A stretch of DNA of 64,000 bases. It comes from Balanoglossus misakiensis. Lineage: Eukaryota; Animalia; Hemichordata. Position numbers and translations under genes: made by a program. Position 1 is the stretch's first letter. Every line of letters starts with the position of its first letter. The stretch lies in the NCBI GenBank assembly GCA_040954595.2, contig CM082577.2:18016303-18080302 (forward strand). The letters are read 5' to 3'. Shown piece after piece: positions 51,801 through 64,000 of this stretch. Under the pieces are notes generated by a model. It worked only from the letters and a program-made list of their open reading frames with translations, made no database searches and was not told the DNA's origin.

Positions 51801-54800
51801 AGTGGACAACCGGTTTGATTTGGATCCAAACCTTCCAATTGTCAGCAAAAGTGAACTTCTAGCTAACTTGACAAGTGCTGAAAATGATATTAGTTCTATG
51901 ATGAACCAGACAAGTGATGTTGTTATGGTAACGGGAGAGCAAACTATTACTGGTAAGAAATATTTCGTTCAGCTTCAATATTTAGTTGTCTAAGGGACTG
52001 TACAAGGTCAACAAACGAAATTTGTTTGATTGGATTCAAACCCCCTCCCCAACACACAACTTCCATCCCACTTATAGACATAAGAGTAAAATAATCGGTG
52101 TTTTAATACCATTTATTCATTTTAGCATAACTTCTACTCTCTATCCTACAAACGGGATGGAAGTTGTGTGTGGTTGAATGTTGATTCACTATATATCCAC
52201 ATGTAGAATAACGTAAATGGGCACAATGGATGTATCTGGTGATATCAATGGTCTCTTTGTCCCTTTAATGCATACATCCATTGTACTTGTTAAAGTGTGT
52301 AGTATGTTACAAATTTAAGACATTAAAGATTTTAGGATTACTGTCACTGCAAAGTTGTTGGTACTAAAGCTCTGTCTTAAATTGCAGGTAATGTGGTGTT
52401 GAATGATGTAACCATGGTAACACTGAATGTAACTAATTTACAAACATCCGATGGGTTGGTAAATGGTATTGATCTTGTCAATATAAACAACAATGCTGTG
52501 AATGCCTTTGATCCAGACACAATAGAGGGTGCTATTACTTTCCACAGTGACCTCATCACCAATTTTGACATCACTGTCATTGGCTTTGTTAATGGAGTAA
52601 ACGTCACAGGTAATTCATTTTTGTATCATTTGTTCAGTACTGTACTGCTTTACCAGTCTTTTATTGGTTGCACCTAGGTCTGCCCAGGTTTAACATGTCA
52701 CACATGTGCAATACTTCTGTGTTCTGTAGAGACCAGATACAAGTCTCATAATGAAGACTTGGTGAATATGTATCCGGGAATAGTTGTATTATTTCTATTG
52801 TAGTTTTGTGCCTGTGGTGTTTGTACTTATATTAAATTAATAAAATCAAGACTTGGGTAAAGTAATACATGTAATAATTTTCTAAATATTTGTGAAACTG
52901 AATCGGCTCGCTCACCGCTTCTGTAATAATGTCCCGATGACATGCTAGTAATATTGCATACTTCATTGCAGGAAATGTATTACTCAGTAATGGAGTTCAG
53001 ACCATCATAGGAAACAAAACTTTCCAAGACGATGTAGAATTTACAGCCAATGTGGATGCCACCACAGTCAATGAAATCACAATATCAAGTGATGTTGTCA
53101 CCCAGTCCACTGATCAAACCATTGCCACATACAAATTAATTGATAGCAACGTGCTTGTAAATGGAAATTTGAATTTGGCTGATGGTATCTCAATTGATTC
53201 TGTAAGTATAATTTTTTTGTTGCGTCACAGATGTACTGACCATGTTATATGGCAATAAGAGTTGTTCATATAGGCTGGATAAGTGTTTACATCCACATTA
53301 AGGGGACAAAGTCTCTCTCTCGCTGCCTTTTTTCCATTAATTATGTTTGATAATAAGACACCGTTTATGTTAATGTACAAGTGGATATATAGTGAATCAA
53401 CATTCAACCACACACAACTTCCATCCCACTTGTAGACACGAGAGTGAAAAACTTGCCAAAATGAATAATGTCTCTACCGTTTATTCATTTTGGTGAGATT
53501 TTTTCTCTCGTGACTAACAAATGGAATGGAAGTTGTGTGTGGTCGAATGTTGATTCACTGTATATCCACATGTAGAATAACATGCATGGTGTCTTGTATC
53601 AAACATATTTAATAGAAAAGTTCAGCAAAAGAGACTTTGTCCCTTTTAATTAAGAACCACATACTACCATTTGTATCCATTGCATCATTTTAATACTTCA
53701 GCTTCCAAGGCTTGAACCCAGGTTGATTTCCCATCATTCATTGCTACTGCAAGGTTGCATCAACATTTAACTTCAATGCTGGGTAACTAAGAAAAGTTTT
53801 GTCCATTTGACGGATGTGTTGACTGTAATGTACTTTCAATGATGACAGTAGTCTGTTAATATTGGAAGTTGCCCTTTTTATTCAGAAAAGAAAATAGTTG
53901 ATTCTAGACAGTTGACATTGTCAACAAATGTGTGTTAAGTTTACCAGCAGAGTTCACTGTCAGTCATAGTGAAATTGGCCCACCCGTTAAACCCTGTATG
54001 TGTAATCTTGCATAAATGAAGAACTATTAATATTCTGGGAAGGGTCTATGGAGATAAGTTTGTGGTGAAAATATTGATATTAATTTTTTATGTGAATTGT
54101 AAACGAATTTTCATGTGCACTGTCAAATGACCAGTGCATCCTAGTAAATGCCAAATCTATACTGGTTGATGGATGATGGTGCAACTTCCATTTGCATTTA
54201 CATGCTTTGTCACATTTTGTATATTTACAAATTACAATAATTTTCACCAGGCACATTTCACATTTCACTTTGATCTTTAATTTACCTTCAGGTGGATCCA
54301 TCAGAATTCAAATCAACTGTAGTCCGTTTATCACAGCCTAATAATATCAATGGAATGATCAGACTGAATAGTTTCAGTATTACTAACAATCTCAACGTGA
54401 CTGGTGATATCAATGGTGTTCACATTGAAACACTTGCATCAGATATTGTATATAAAAATGGCTCACAAATTATCTCTGGTAAGCATGTCCGATTATTATT
54501 TTATGCAGTTCACAAATAAAACTTGGCATCATATTTACATAGAAATGTAATTCTTATGATTACATTTTGATGGTTGTGTTCCAACTTCGACATATTGATG
54601 GCTATAATAGTGCTGAAGTCATGTTTAGTTATGGAAGTCAACATATGTAATCTATTTTTATTCATTAATGCCCATGGTTTTCAAAATACTACTGTAACAG
54701 TGTATTCAAAGTCATTTTTGTTATCTTTTTGCTTTCAGAGGCAAATTTTACCACTAATTTCATCAAATGCCAAGATTTAGAACCTGCAATTTTCATTTGC

Positions 54801-57800
54801 CAAGAATCTAATATGCATGTAAACATACCATGATAGTAGTGCACTTGTAATTGGAAGCTAAATCAATGGGCATAGACCTATTTATTTTTTTAAACATACA
54901 ACCCCAATTTAAGGTTGATGCTTGTTTAAACCCAATCTAAATTTGAAAGTAAGATCATGAAAATAATGCAAAAATGTGGCAAAACAAAGGAAAATGTTTT
55001 TGTAATCAAGCAGATAGCCTTGTAAACTTCATGGCACTTCGGCTTAAATGTTTTATGAACATTTGCACAAGTTTTGCTTGCTTTAGGGCCTTCTAAAGCA
55101 ATGATAGTGATGTGGTATGAATAGCTTAAGGTGGCATTGCATGAAAAGTTGTGATTTTTGCAAAATTTTACTTTTTTACATAAATCGGTAGGTCTAATAC
55201 TGACCCACATCATGACTAATACGTCTTGGCGGAAAGGGTGCATAATCACCCAAAAATAGCACTTTTCTGAATGAGTTCACAGCTTCAAATCGGTGTCAAC
55301 AATGCAAATGGCCGTTTTTCTCGGTTTGCATTTTCACTGCTCTTGACAACTTCAGAAGAATTTAGCTTCGCTCTGCGTTGGCCGAATTTGCTCAAATTTT
55401 AACAGGGGATTGTGTATGACCCATCCAACAAAACGGTATTTTTTTAGTCGATAAAGTGTCCCTGGTGGGAATAAACTCTGATTCAATACAACTCGCGGTG
55501 AATTTGATCAAATTTTTCTAAAAATTTAACTTTCAAACGCTGTTACTCCTCAATGGAAGCAGATAACGCAAAACAAAATTTTTTGCACGTGTACTCTAGT
55601 TTCGAATGACATATTAAGATGCATGATGCATGATGCATGGTCAACTTTTTTACCTAATTTAATTTTAATGACATAATATCAAAAAACGTTTTTTTTTTAC
55701 CCAAAATCGCCACCATTTCCAGGGGATCAATAATATTTGCAACTCAAACAAAAGTTCAAAAACTCAGATTCCAGAATATGTATGGTTTATGGGGGTTTTA
55801 ACGTTGTCTTTGATGAGAAATAGGCCTCTGAAAAAGTCTCGACGGTTTCATGCAATGCCACCTTAAGTGACATCACCATATAATACCTGAATACCACAGT
55901 ATTGTTTGGTCCAGAACTAGAAATTAGCCATAAATTTTCTAGTAGAACAAAAAACAAAATGCCACACTAATAAACTCTACTGTTTTTCAGGTGAAAAGCA
56001 GTTTCTGTTGGACGTTCATGTAACTGACATTACTGGTGGTTCCATCAATGGAGTTGATGTATCGGAAGAGGTTGTTGCCTTGGCATCATCTCAAGTTATC
56101 AGTGGTTTTTTGACTATAACTGGTACTGTATTTTTCTCGGGCAATGTGGTTTGTGGTGATATTAATGGTCTTGACCTATCAAGTGAAGTGGTTGTGAAAC
56201 GAGGAGCACAGAACATCACAGGTATATATATTGAGATGTCCTGCCAAATCGCAACTTCAGCATATTGGTGAATTCATCTTACTTGAGTCGGTTAGGTAGA
56301 GAAAAAATGCCCATCAGAACCCATAGTAGAACTTGGTAAACTTCCAAATGTAGCACAACATTGTACTAGATTTACAAAATCCAGCCATATATGCAGTCTT
56401 TCCCTATACTTCAGAAGAATGGGACGCTTGCAGTTATGTCATGCTTGTAGCCCTTTTCCAGTGTTTTTGTTAAGGGCGGTACCTAGGTAAAATCTACCGG
56501 AGTTCCCTAGTCATTTTACCAGGGTTCCCCTGGGTGTATCAATGTAGTTATATTAGGGGGTTGTAGAAATGTTACCGGGGTTCCCAAATCCATTACCAAT
56601 GTTCCCCAACCTTAGCAAAAACACTGAGCCTTATCCATATATGGTCATGCTTTATACATAATCCTACCACATTCATTCAGACATGTTGATAAATGGTGCA
56701 TACTCAAATAGAATGATCTGTACTGAACCATTGCAAAGAAAAGTGTAGGATTTTGTGAACTTTGGTACACACTATGAAGTTGGGAGAAACAAATTAGTAG
56801 ATGAGAATTTAATTTGAACTAGTTTACCTTTTAGAGCCAAATTATAAGGAGTTTGTCGATAGATTAATAGGAAGTATGAAACATCTGAATTTACGTATTT
56901 AGTTTTTAGAAAAAACTTGCCAAATTACACACGATCTAGTGATTTATTGAATCAGCACATAAAAAACTATTTCAAAAACACTTTTTTGTTTAGACTAAGC
57001 TTAGACCTAAATCAAACCAAAAATTGAAATTGCAGCCCATTTTCATGTTGTGATTAGTTTGTGAATTAACATTGAGTTGGTTTTCCTTCAGGTATGAAGA
57101 CTTTTTTTCAAGGATTCAATGTTGGAAGTGATATTGAAATGTACGATGGTGCTACAGTGGATGGTGTGGATTTGGATGCGTTTGATTCAACTGCCATGAA
57201 GTTAACACAACCACAGACTGTCCAGGGTGACAAAACCTTCAGCAATAACATTACAGGTATGATAAATCCCTTGATATAATCTCTATATGCTGTCAAATGT
57301 ACTGCAGGTTACTCAGCAGGAAATCTTCATCTGGAGTCTGAAATTTCGAGGTACTATAACTATTAAATGGCATTTGTTTTTGTATTACAATAATTATTAT
57401 AGTTTGATTTAAATGGAGAATATTTGAATTAGTTAAAATTGACCAATCTGCAATATTATGTTTTGGGGCAAACCTTGCAAATTATGCAGAATCCACTAAA
57501 CTTGATTGCTTTGAATTTTGATTTGCTCATCCGTTAGGATGATTTGACTTGGCTTCATTCAAAATGTGATGGAATTGGTTTGCTTATCCCTAGGAATTCA
57601 CAACGTAATGGAATATTGTATTTTGGAGGCAATTTGTCATTTCTGTCCTCACATTGGAAATTGCTTGTCTTGTTGAAATTTGCTGTACATGGTTTTAGCA
57701 TTGAAACTTGCCTTATTGCTTTAAAATTTGGTATACAGGTTTACCACAGCAAAAAATGGATGTTTAAAGCAGAAGTTTGTTGATTGTTGGTTACCTGAAT

Positions 57801-60800
57801 CATTCGAGTATTAATCCCCAGGAAGGAAAATGTCCACAATTAATTCCACATTCTGAGTGACCATTATTGTAGACAAGTTAAAAACTATTTTTTAAAAAGC
57901 TAGACCTTGAAAACTGTCAACAGAAATAGTAAAAGTTGATTTGGTTAGAGAACCATTGATCTAGCATGTAACAGTCATCAAACATCGGTTGTGTTTGAAA
58001 TTGACCAACACTGCTCTAGCTCACTTTATTTTAAAAAGTCGCATGTCAGTTTGCAACAAATTCAAAAGATGGCAAACATGCCTCGGTTAACCAAAGTTTT
58101 TTATTTCTAGTAATGATTGTCAACATTTCCTTTCAGTTGGAGGCAATGTTAATCTGAATGGTACAGTAAATGGAATTGATTTGAATGCAGTTGCTACAGA
58201 TGTTTTGACAAAATCCACCGACCAAACCATTACAGTACCTTTGATGCTCTTTGGCAATTTCACAGTGACTGGGGATATGACTGTCACTCATTCCATAGAT
58301 GATTATTCTCAGGATAGTTTCATCAACATCAATTCTGATGGTGTTATACAAGGTAATATCCACAGTGCTTTAATTCTCTGTAGTATGGAACTTTGAGCAA
58401 AATTTTTCATGATTTTAATTTAAAATTAAAAGTATGATGTAAACATTCTTACTGAGGAGCAGGTATCAGCCGACTATCAAACATTGATAGAAACATACAT
58501 GAAGAAAAGTCATTGGTTATGACCACAAGAACATATTAGCCCACCAAGGTATTTGCTCTCCGTAAACTAGGGAGGCTATAGTCGAGCTAACGATACAGTG
58601 CGGATTGACTATTCCAAAAATATGGCTGCCTACATCAAACTATACAAATGAGGCATAATCACTTGAAATTTTGTGCCCATGCTATTGCGAATGAAAGTCA
58701 TGCTGCACTAATCTTAATATCAAAATTGCCAAATTTTATGTTCATGAAATTGGGCAGTGATTGCAAGAAATGACCACAAACACCATCACATTCTGTTAAA
58801 ATCTCAAATTTTCATCCTGCAGGTTACAAGACATTTAGTGAAAATGTAGAAATAGGAGGCAATCTGAATCCAGATGCTGACATTACTATTGATGGTGTGG
58901 ATGTATCTGACTTGAATTCTGGGGTAAGTCTAAATAATATTGATATCATACTTTTTCTAGTGCAAATGGAAATTTAGAATGCATTTTTTTGCACTGCTGT
59001 CTGTCACATAAAGTGATAGGATAATGGAGCGATAGGCTGATTGTCTTTCGTCTGGCCATCATCAATTGACTTCTCAGAAATCACCAGTCACACCGCTAGG
59101 ATATTCAGCTTATCAGTCTCTTGGGATGATTAAGTCAGATTTGTTCAAAATTATTGTGACGGTCTGCAATATCTTATGTTGTGCTTGGTTTTAAGAACCT
59201 ATATGTTGTATGCAATTTTACAAGTAATATACGTTCCACAAATAAATAGGAAGCGGACTTTGAAGATCAATTGATAGGTTACATTGACAATTTAATGTCT
59301 GTGTAAATTTAATGACAATTTATACATATCTGGAGGTCTTTCTTGAACATGCCACTGAAGTTACTGCTGGTCACTGCTTGAGTTGACAAGCCATGATAAG
59401 CTATGCACTTCACACAGCTGGCATTTACTCTACTTAAGTTAATTTTATCTGCTTTAGATCATGAATTTCCAGATACAATGTGTTTTCATTATTTTAATTG
59501 ACAATTAAATGTTTTAAATACTCTGAAGAAAGTAAAACTTCGATGGTGAAAGACTGCCAGCAATAGTTTCAAACACAAGTTACATTAAAATAAGTCTGAA
59601 AATGAATTGTGAAAACATGTTACTTAAGGTCTTTACAAGTTCAGAAAAATAAACCTCACTTGGTCATTTTTGGTTCTAACTAACAGGCATTGCATTACGT
59701 TGGTGATCAAACTATTCATAATAATATTGTCACGTCTGGTATTGATGTCAATACAATGGATGTATCTGGTGATATCAATGGTCTAAACATCACCCAAGAC
59801 TTGGTATTTTTGCATGGACAATGGCACATTACAGGTGAATATTGCAAAATTTGTCAAAGACTGCATATCTTAAATCATGCCAATGTTTACACTCTTTGTC
59901 AATACCCGGAAAATCACATTTAACATTTGTAGTGGTTATGCATAAACCTTTATTTTGGAATTTCCAATTGTCAATCTGTTAACCATCTTTATTAAAAAAT
60001 CAAGCATAGGGACATGTTTTCTTTGTGTAATTGGATAAAACTTCCTTTTTGGCATTTAAAAAAAAATGTCGGTATTGTAATATAGCATTGACATTTTACT
60101 TGCAAGGCGATGGAATGTGGGAACCATGCACAGCTTCTTCTTAGTCCCCTTCCTTAAACAGCCGCTTTGTCTGTCCTGCATGGACTAAGTTTTCACCAGC
60201 TTTGTCCAAGTTTAACCTGTACAGATAATTGCCCACTGTCTTGATAAAATGTCAGGCTTCGTCCACTTGCTTCAGACAAAATAACCTTGTCAAACTTGTT
60301 TTACTTACAGGACAGAAAACCTTCACCAGTCCAGTGACTATCACAGCTGACCTAACAACCACTACCATTACAACAAGTGGTACTATTAATAACATAGATG
60401 TCAGTGATCTTGCAGCAAATGCATGCATGAATAATGCTAATCTGACAATAACTGGTGACAAAACTTTCTCTGATGTGACAGGTCAGTAAAATATTCTATT
60501 GCAACCCCTGCCCTGTATTTTCCAACATTCCTCCCATTTTCCCTCAGTTATTTCAAACGCGTTCGAAACTAATTTAGAAATTTCCGATCAATTTTCATAA
60601 ACAAGAAAACATGGTCAATAACTGAATTAAAACTGAAAAAATGCCTGTTACAGATGTGGTCTTTTAATCCTCAACTTGTAAATTAAGACTCGGGGATAGT
60701 TTGACTTCCTTGGCAAATGCAAGTGTAACTGCAGCCAAGCCTGGCTGAGCAGTGAAGGCTAGCTGTAGTGTACTCATTGAGACAATTGTTGTGTTCCACA

Positions 60801-63313
60801 AAGCGTCACTTGCTCCCCACAACCACTCGCAACTATTTCAACAAAGAGTTATATCAGTCGCATCTATTGATCAGAAAATGGTGACAGCTTTCACTGGGTT
60901 ACACATGAATGTACATCATTTTCCATGGGGGAGGGGGCTTTAATATGCATGTTGGGCTGTCTTGGATGAATATGGTATATGAAGTGTATGTACTATTCAA
61001 GCATTATAAACAAACAAGTGACCTGTCGGTCAAAAGAGCTCTGCTGACTTTAACAGTGTAACCTGGGCAATGATATGAATACCCTAGGTTTTAATCATAA
61101 CAATTGTATTCTATTGAACAAAACCAAACATAGACATCACAAGTATTTATCCAAATTCAGCTTGATTCATTGTGCTAAAGAAAGAAAGAATTGAATCCTA
61201 AAGAACAACATCAAAAGGAAGCACCAAGGTTCTAATTTGCATATTCATGACCCCATCAAAATTCCAATTAACAAAATCAGATAGGGGTACCATAACACAC
61301 ATTCCTTCCAAATTTCAGCTCCATCATACATCTAGTTATGGAGAAGAAGATTTTTGACCTAACATTCTATTTTTAGATATCATTTGCATATTCATGACCC
61401 GATCAAATTCAAATTAACAAAATCGGGTAGGGACACCATAACACGCATTCCTACCAAATTTCAGCTCCATTGTACATGTAGTTAGGAAGAAGATATTTTA
61501 CCAAAACTTCTATTTTTAGATCTAATTTGCATATTTATGACCACCCTCTTTTACGATTGCCCATCCATAATTTTTCCACTAATCAGTTCAGTTATATTTC
61601 AAATTAGTTTTGGACAGTTTGGTTATAAATGGAACAGTAAATGGAGTCTACACTTCAGTCTTTGACTCTGTGGCAACTGTAGATGGTGCCCAAGATATCA
61701 CTGGTGAGTATTCGGTTTTTTATTACCCATGCATAGTTTAAAGTGGTCAACATTCATGGTTTTGTAAAATCTGTTAAACTGCATAGTTGTAGAGTCCTAC
61801 TGTTTCGATGTGTAATGCACTTAAAAAGGTTTTCTAGAGAAAACGACTATCTTCTCATACTGCATGCAACTTGATGTTCTATTTGCTGGAGATACTATCT
61901 GAAGGACTCTACAATATGTGCAAGTGGTACAACTGGCCAGTGCATAGTACAACTGGCCAGTGCATAGTATATGATGGAATGACCTGCACTGCAGTTTAAA
62001 AAGTACGGGAAGAATACTATATTGGTATTTTAAATGCCGCTTTTTTATATATATTTCACAATTTTTATTTTGGGATATTTAAATTTACTTTTACAGTGTT
62101 CCTATAGAGGTACATTAAATATAAAAATACGGATTCACTATACTATATGCAAATTACTAAATACTAGATTGTGGCATTGCAGTATGAATGGAGACTTAGA
62201 AGTTACATATAGCCATGCTTATAAGTCAAACATTTCCTTTAAAATACTGCCAACTATTCTAAATGCTGCAAAGAGGTAGCAGTTTTCAAAGATAGAAAAT
62301 TTACAAACACTAAAAGTCAGAGTTTGTATGGACATCATAAAGCTCATAAACTTCTCGTCAACGCGTTTCTTTATACTTTTTTTGTCAAGTAGAAAATGTT
62401 TAATTTCATGAATAAGTAAGTGTTGCATTAAAACATGTGCGAAATACATAATTTTCTATTCTATGTCAATTGATGTTTGTTTATATAGTGCTATAAATCT
62501 CCCCCCCCCCCCCAACAAAAAAGAAATATCACCAACTATGAGCAGTTTAGATTGTTTGACAACTCTGCAATTTCTGTAGGAATACCATTGTGAAGTGCCA
62601 CACTATAACAAATTCAGTGTTAAATTTATGAATACGTCTTTTCCTAGTATTTACCTATTTTGGTCATTTTAACAAATTCTTCAAATGGATAATTTTCTGC
62701 TCATTGCAAGATCTTGTCAAAATGGAATGGGGTTGGCAGCCAGTCAATAAGAGTTGCGCTTTGTACGAAACTAGGATAGGTGCCGAGTTGTAACATTTTG
62801 CGTTGTTTAAATGATGGGCCATGTAGTGTTTTGTGCCACTGTCTGTATTCCTCTCATATAAACTGTTCTAATCGTGTTAGATCTCGCACATTCTCGTGGA
62901 GTTTAGAAAATGGTCTATTGTAATTTGCATTCTTTACTTTGACAATACCGTAAACTATCAATAGGACCAAAAGTGTCACTTCCATCAGAAATATGAACTC
63001 CACTGGTATTTCACTGCGACAACTAAATTTGATTCAAAATTCATGTTCTTTTACTCTAAAAAGCAGGCAATGATGTCAACTTCACAATATCTGCTCAAAC
63101 ATCTGCTGTTACTAATGTGTGCATAATATAGACATATTTTCAATGTTGATCACTGGTATTTTCAGGCGAGAAAACTTTCCTGCATGATGTAACATTTAAT
63201 GCTGCTGTAACAGTTGATGGACTGGTCAACAGTCAAGATTTGTCTGAACTGACTTCTACCATTGTGTTATTGCATACAAGTGACATCATAACTGGTGATA
63301 AAACATTTTGGGG
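45892..63313 (+). CDS. Large secreted protein with EAR/EPTP-repeat propeller, short coiled coil and many ~40-aa beta-rich repeats; 3'-incomplete (>1220 aa)
   Basis: In-phase GT-AG exons: 45892-46105, 46536-47025, 47371-47543, 47722-47886, 48590-48696, 49830-50067, 50576-50734, 51752-51952, 52388-52609, 52972-53201, 54292-54478, 55991-56221, 57092-57256, 58137-58352, 58823-58923, 59687-59834, 60311-60481, 61608-61703, 63166-63313. Features: signal peptide, RQRR furin-type site, EAR-like units (FVQSVRTNGATDFEFY..YLLAVTN; FQSVPSTAAMDFEYF..YLALAN..SVIFWW) and repeats QTIxGxKTF / GxVNGxD. Confidence 0.85.
53302..53644. mobile_element. Palindromic TTAA-type MITE, copy 2 (partial copy 3 at 52052-52264)
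   Basis: TTAA-GGGGACAAAGTCTCT...AGAGACTTTGTCCCT(T)-TTAA; homologous to 3053-3391. Confidence 0.82.
55130..55862. mobile_element. 733-bp non-autonomous element with 17-bp TIRs and TTAA TSD (Kolobok-like)
   Basis: TTAA-GGTGGCATTGCATGAAA...TTTCATGCAATGCCACC-TTAA. Confidence 0.85.
56459..56626. mobile_element. Small hAT-like MITE; a diverged inverted relative lies at ~13080-13190
   Basis: CAGTGTTTTTGTTAAGG...CCTTAGCAAAAACACTG. The internal sequence matches the reverse complement of 13100-13188. Confidence 0.65.
61010..61545. repeat. Interspersed element with ~146-bp internal tandem repeats (possibly Helentron/HINE-like)
   Basis: Unit TTTGCATATTCATGACCC...CCAAATTTCAGCTCCAT...GAAGAAGA...TTCTATTTTTAGAT occurs twice (~61237-61382 and ~61383-61526), plus the start of a third. 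Similar decayed motifs at ~2420-2790 and ~28030-28260. Confidence 0.55.
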
Positions 63314-64000
63314 GTAAGTTCTTATAACTACCAGTAGTGTGAGCAGTTTTAGATTAAACTTAAGGTAGTTGGAAAGGCTATTTTTGAAGCAAATTCTCTC
63401 AATGTTTGTGAATTTATTTTCACAAGTTAGAATAAAGATAATGACTTGAAATTTGCAGCATGTATTCTTAACAAACTAAAAAGTGAGGGAAAAATATGAC
63501 TGTAAAAATATCTGCTAAAATTATGAAATTTGATACGCCTAAATATAAATATTCATAATTTTACAAAATATTGATTGAATCTTGACATGTTTTCACAAAT
63601 TATTGAATAATTTGTATTCATTTTAATATTAAGCAACCCCTCCAGCAATGTACGGGACACTTTCAGCATAAACTTATTTTTTTCAAAGTTATCACTCAGG
63701 AAAACAGTTTTTGTTGATATTTTGTATACAACTTTAACGTGCTGCCAAAACACAACGGGAAAACTTATGAAAAAACTGTCCCGTAAAATTGTTCTTTGGG
63801 ATGTCCCGAGCCTTTCCTGAAAGTTTCATGATAAAAAAATTATCTGGCATACCAATTCAATCACAAATAAAAACCATTACATTATGGCGAAGGGCAGAAA
63901 AGTAGCGAAATACGCAAAGTTTAGCGGCAGTTCACGGCGAAGGATCACATTTATCTGGGTCAAACGCTTTTCCGCTGGCTTTTCGGGTTCCCTAGAAATG

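Noticed and set aside
63360-64000. TTAA-GGTAG start of another Kolobok-like element
   Set aside because: The other end is outside the window, so TIR and TSD cannot be verified.

Overview
AT-rich, intron-rich animal genomic DNA, probably from a marine invertebrate (species not determinable from the sequence). It holds two host genes arranged head-to-head. On the minus strand is a complete 17-exon lysosomal alpha-glucosidase gene (GAA, GH31; 44439->5008, about 898 aa). On the plus strand is a large secreted protein gene (45892->beyond the window, >1200 aa) with EAR/EPTP repeats followed by ~40-aa 'QxIxGxKTF...GxVNGxD' repeats. One 18.8-kb GAA intron (7147-25920) is a stack of transposons: a frameshifted LINE, a CACTG-ended (CMC/EnSpm-like) element carrying a spliced SAM-domain gene, and an L2 fragment. 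Inside an intron of the SAM gene sits an apparently intact 6468-bp ISL2EU/PHIS element with perfect 110-bp TIRs, an AT TSD, a THAP-DDE transposase and a convergent spliced SAP-SWIM-YqaJ nuclease gene. The most unusual signal is a set of about 10 short non-coding elements of at least 8 unrelated sequence types sharing one design. Each has a core bounded by short inverted repeats, next to a long hairpin whose apex (C-GA-stem-GNA-stem-GA-G) and CGAG/CGAG mismatches should fold stably on only one DNA strand. They stack into cassette-like arrays by inserting at each other's junction motif. All exon and element boundaries were read by eye, and family names rest on recalled motifs, not database searches.
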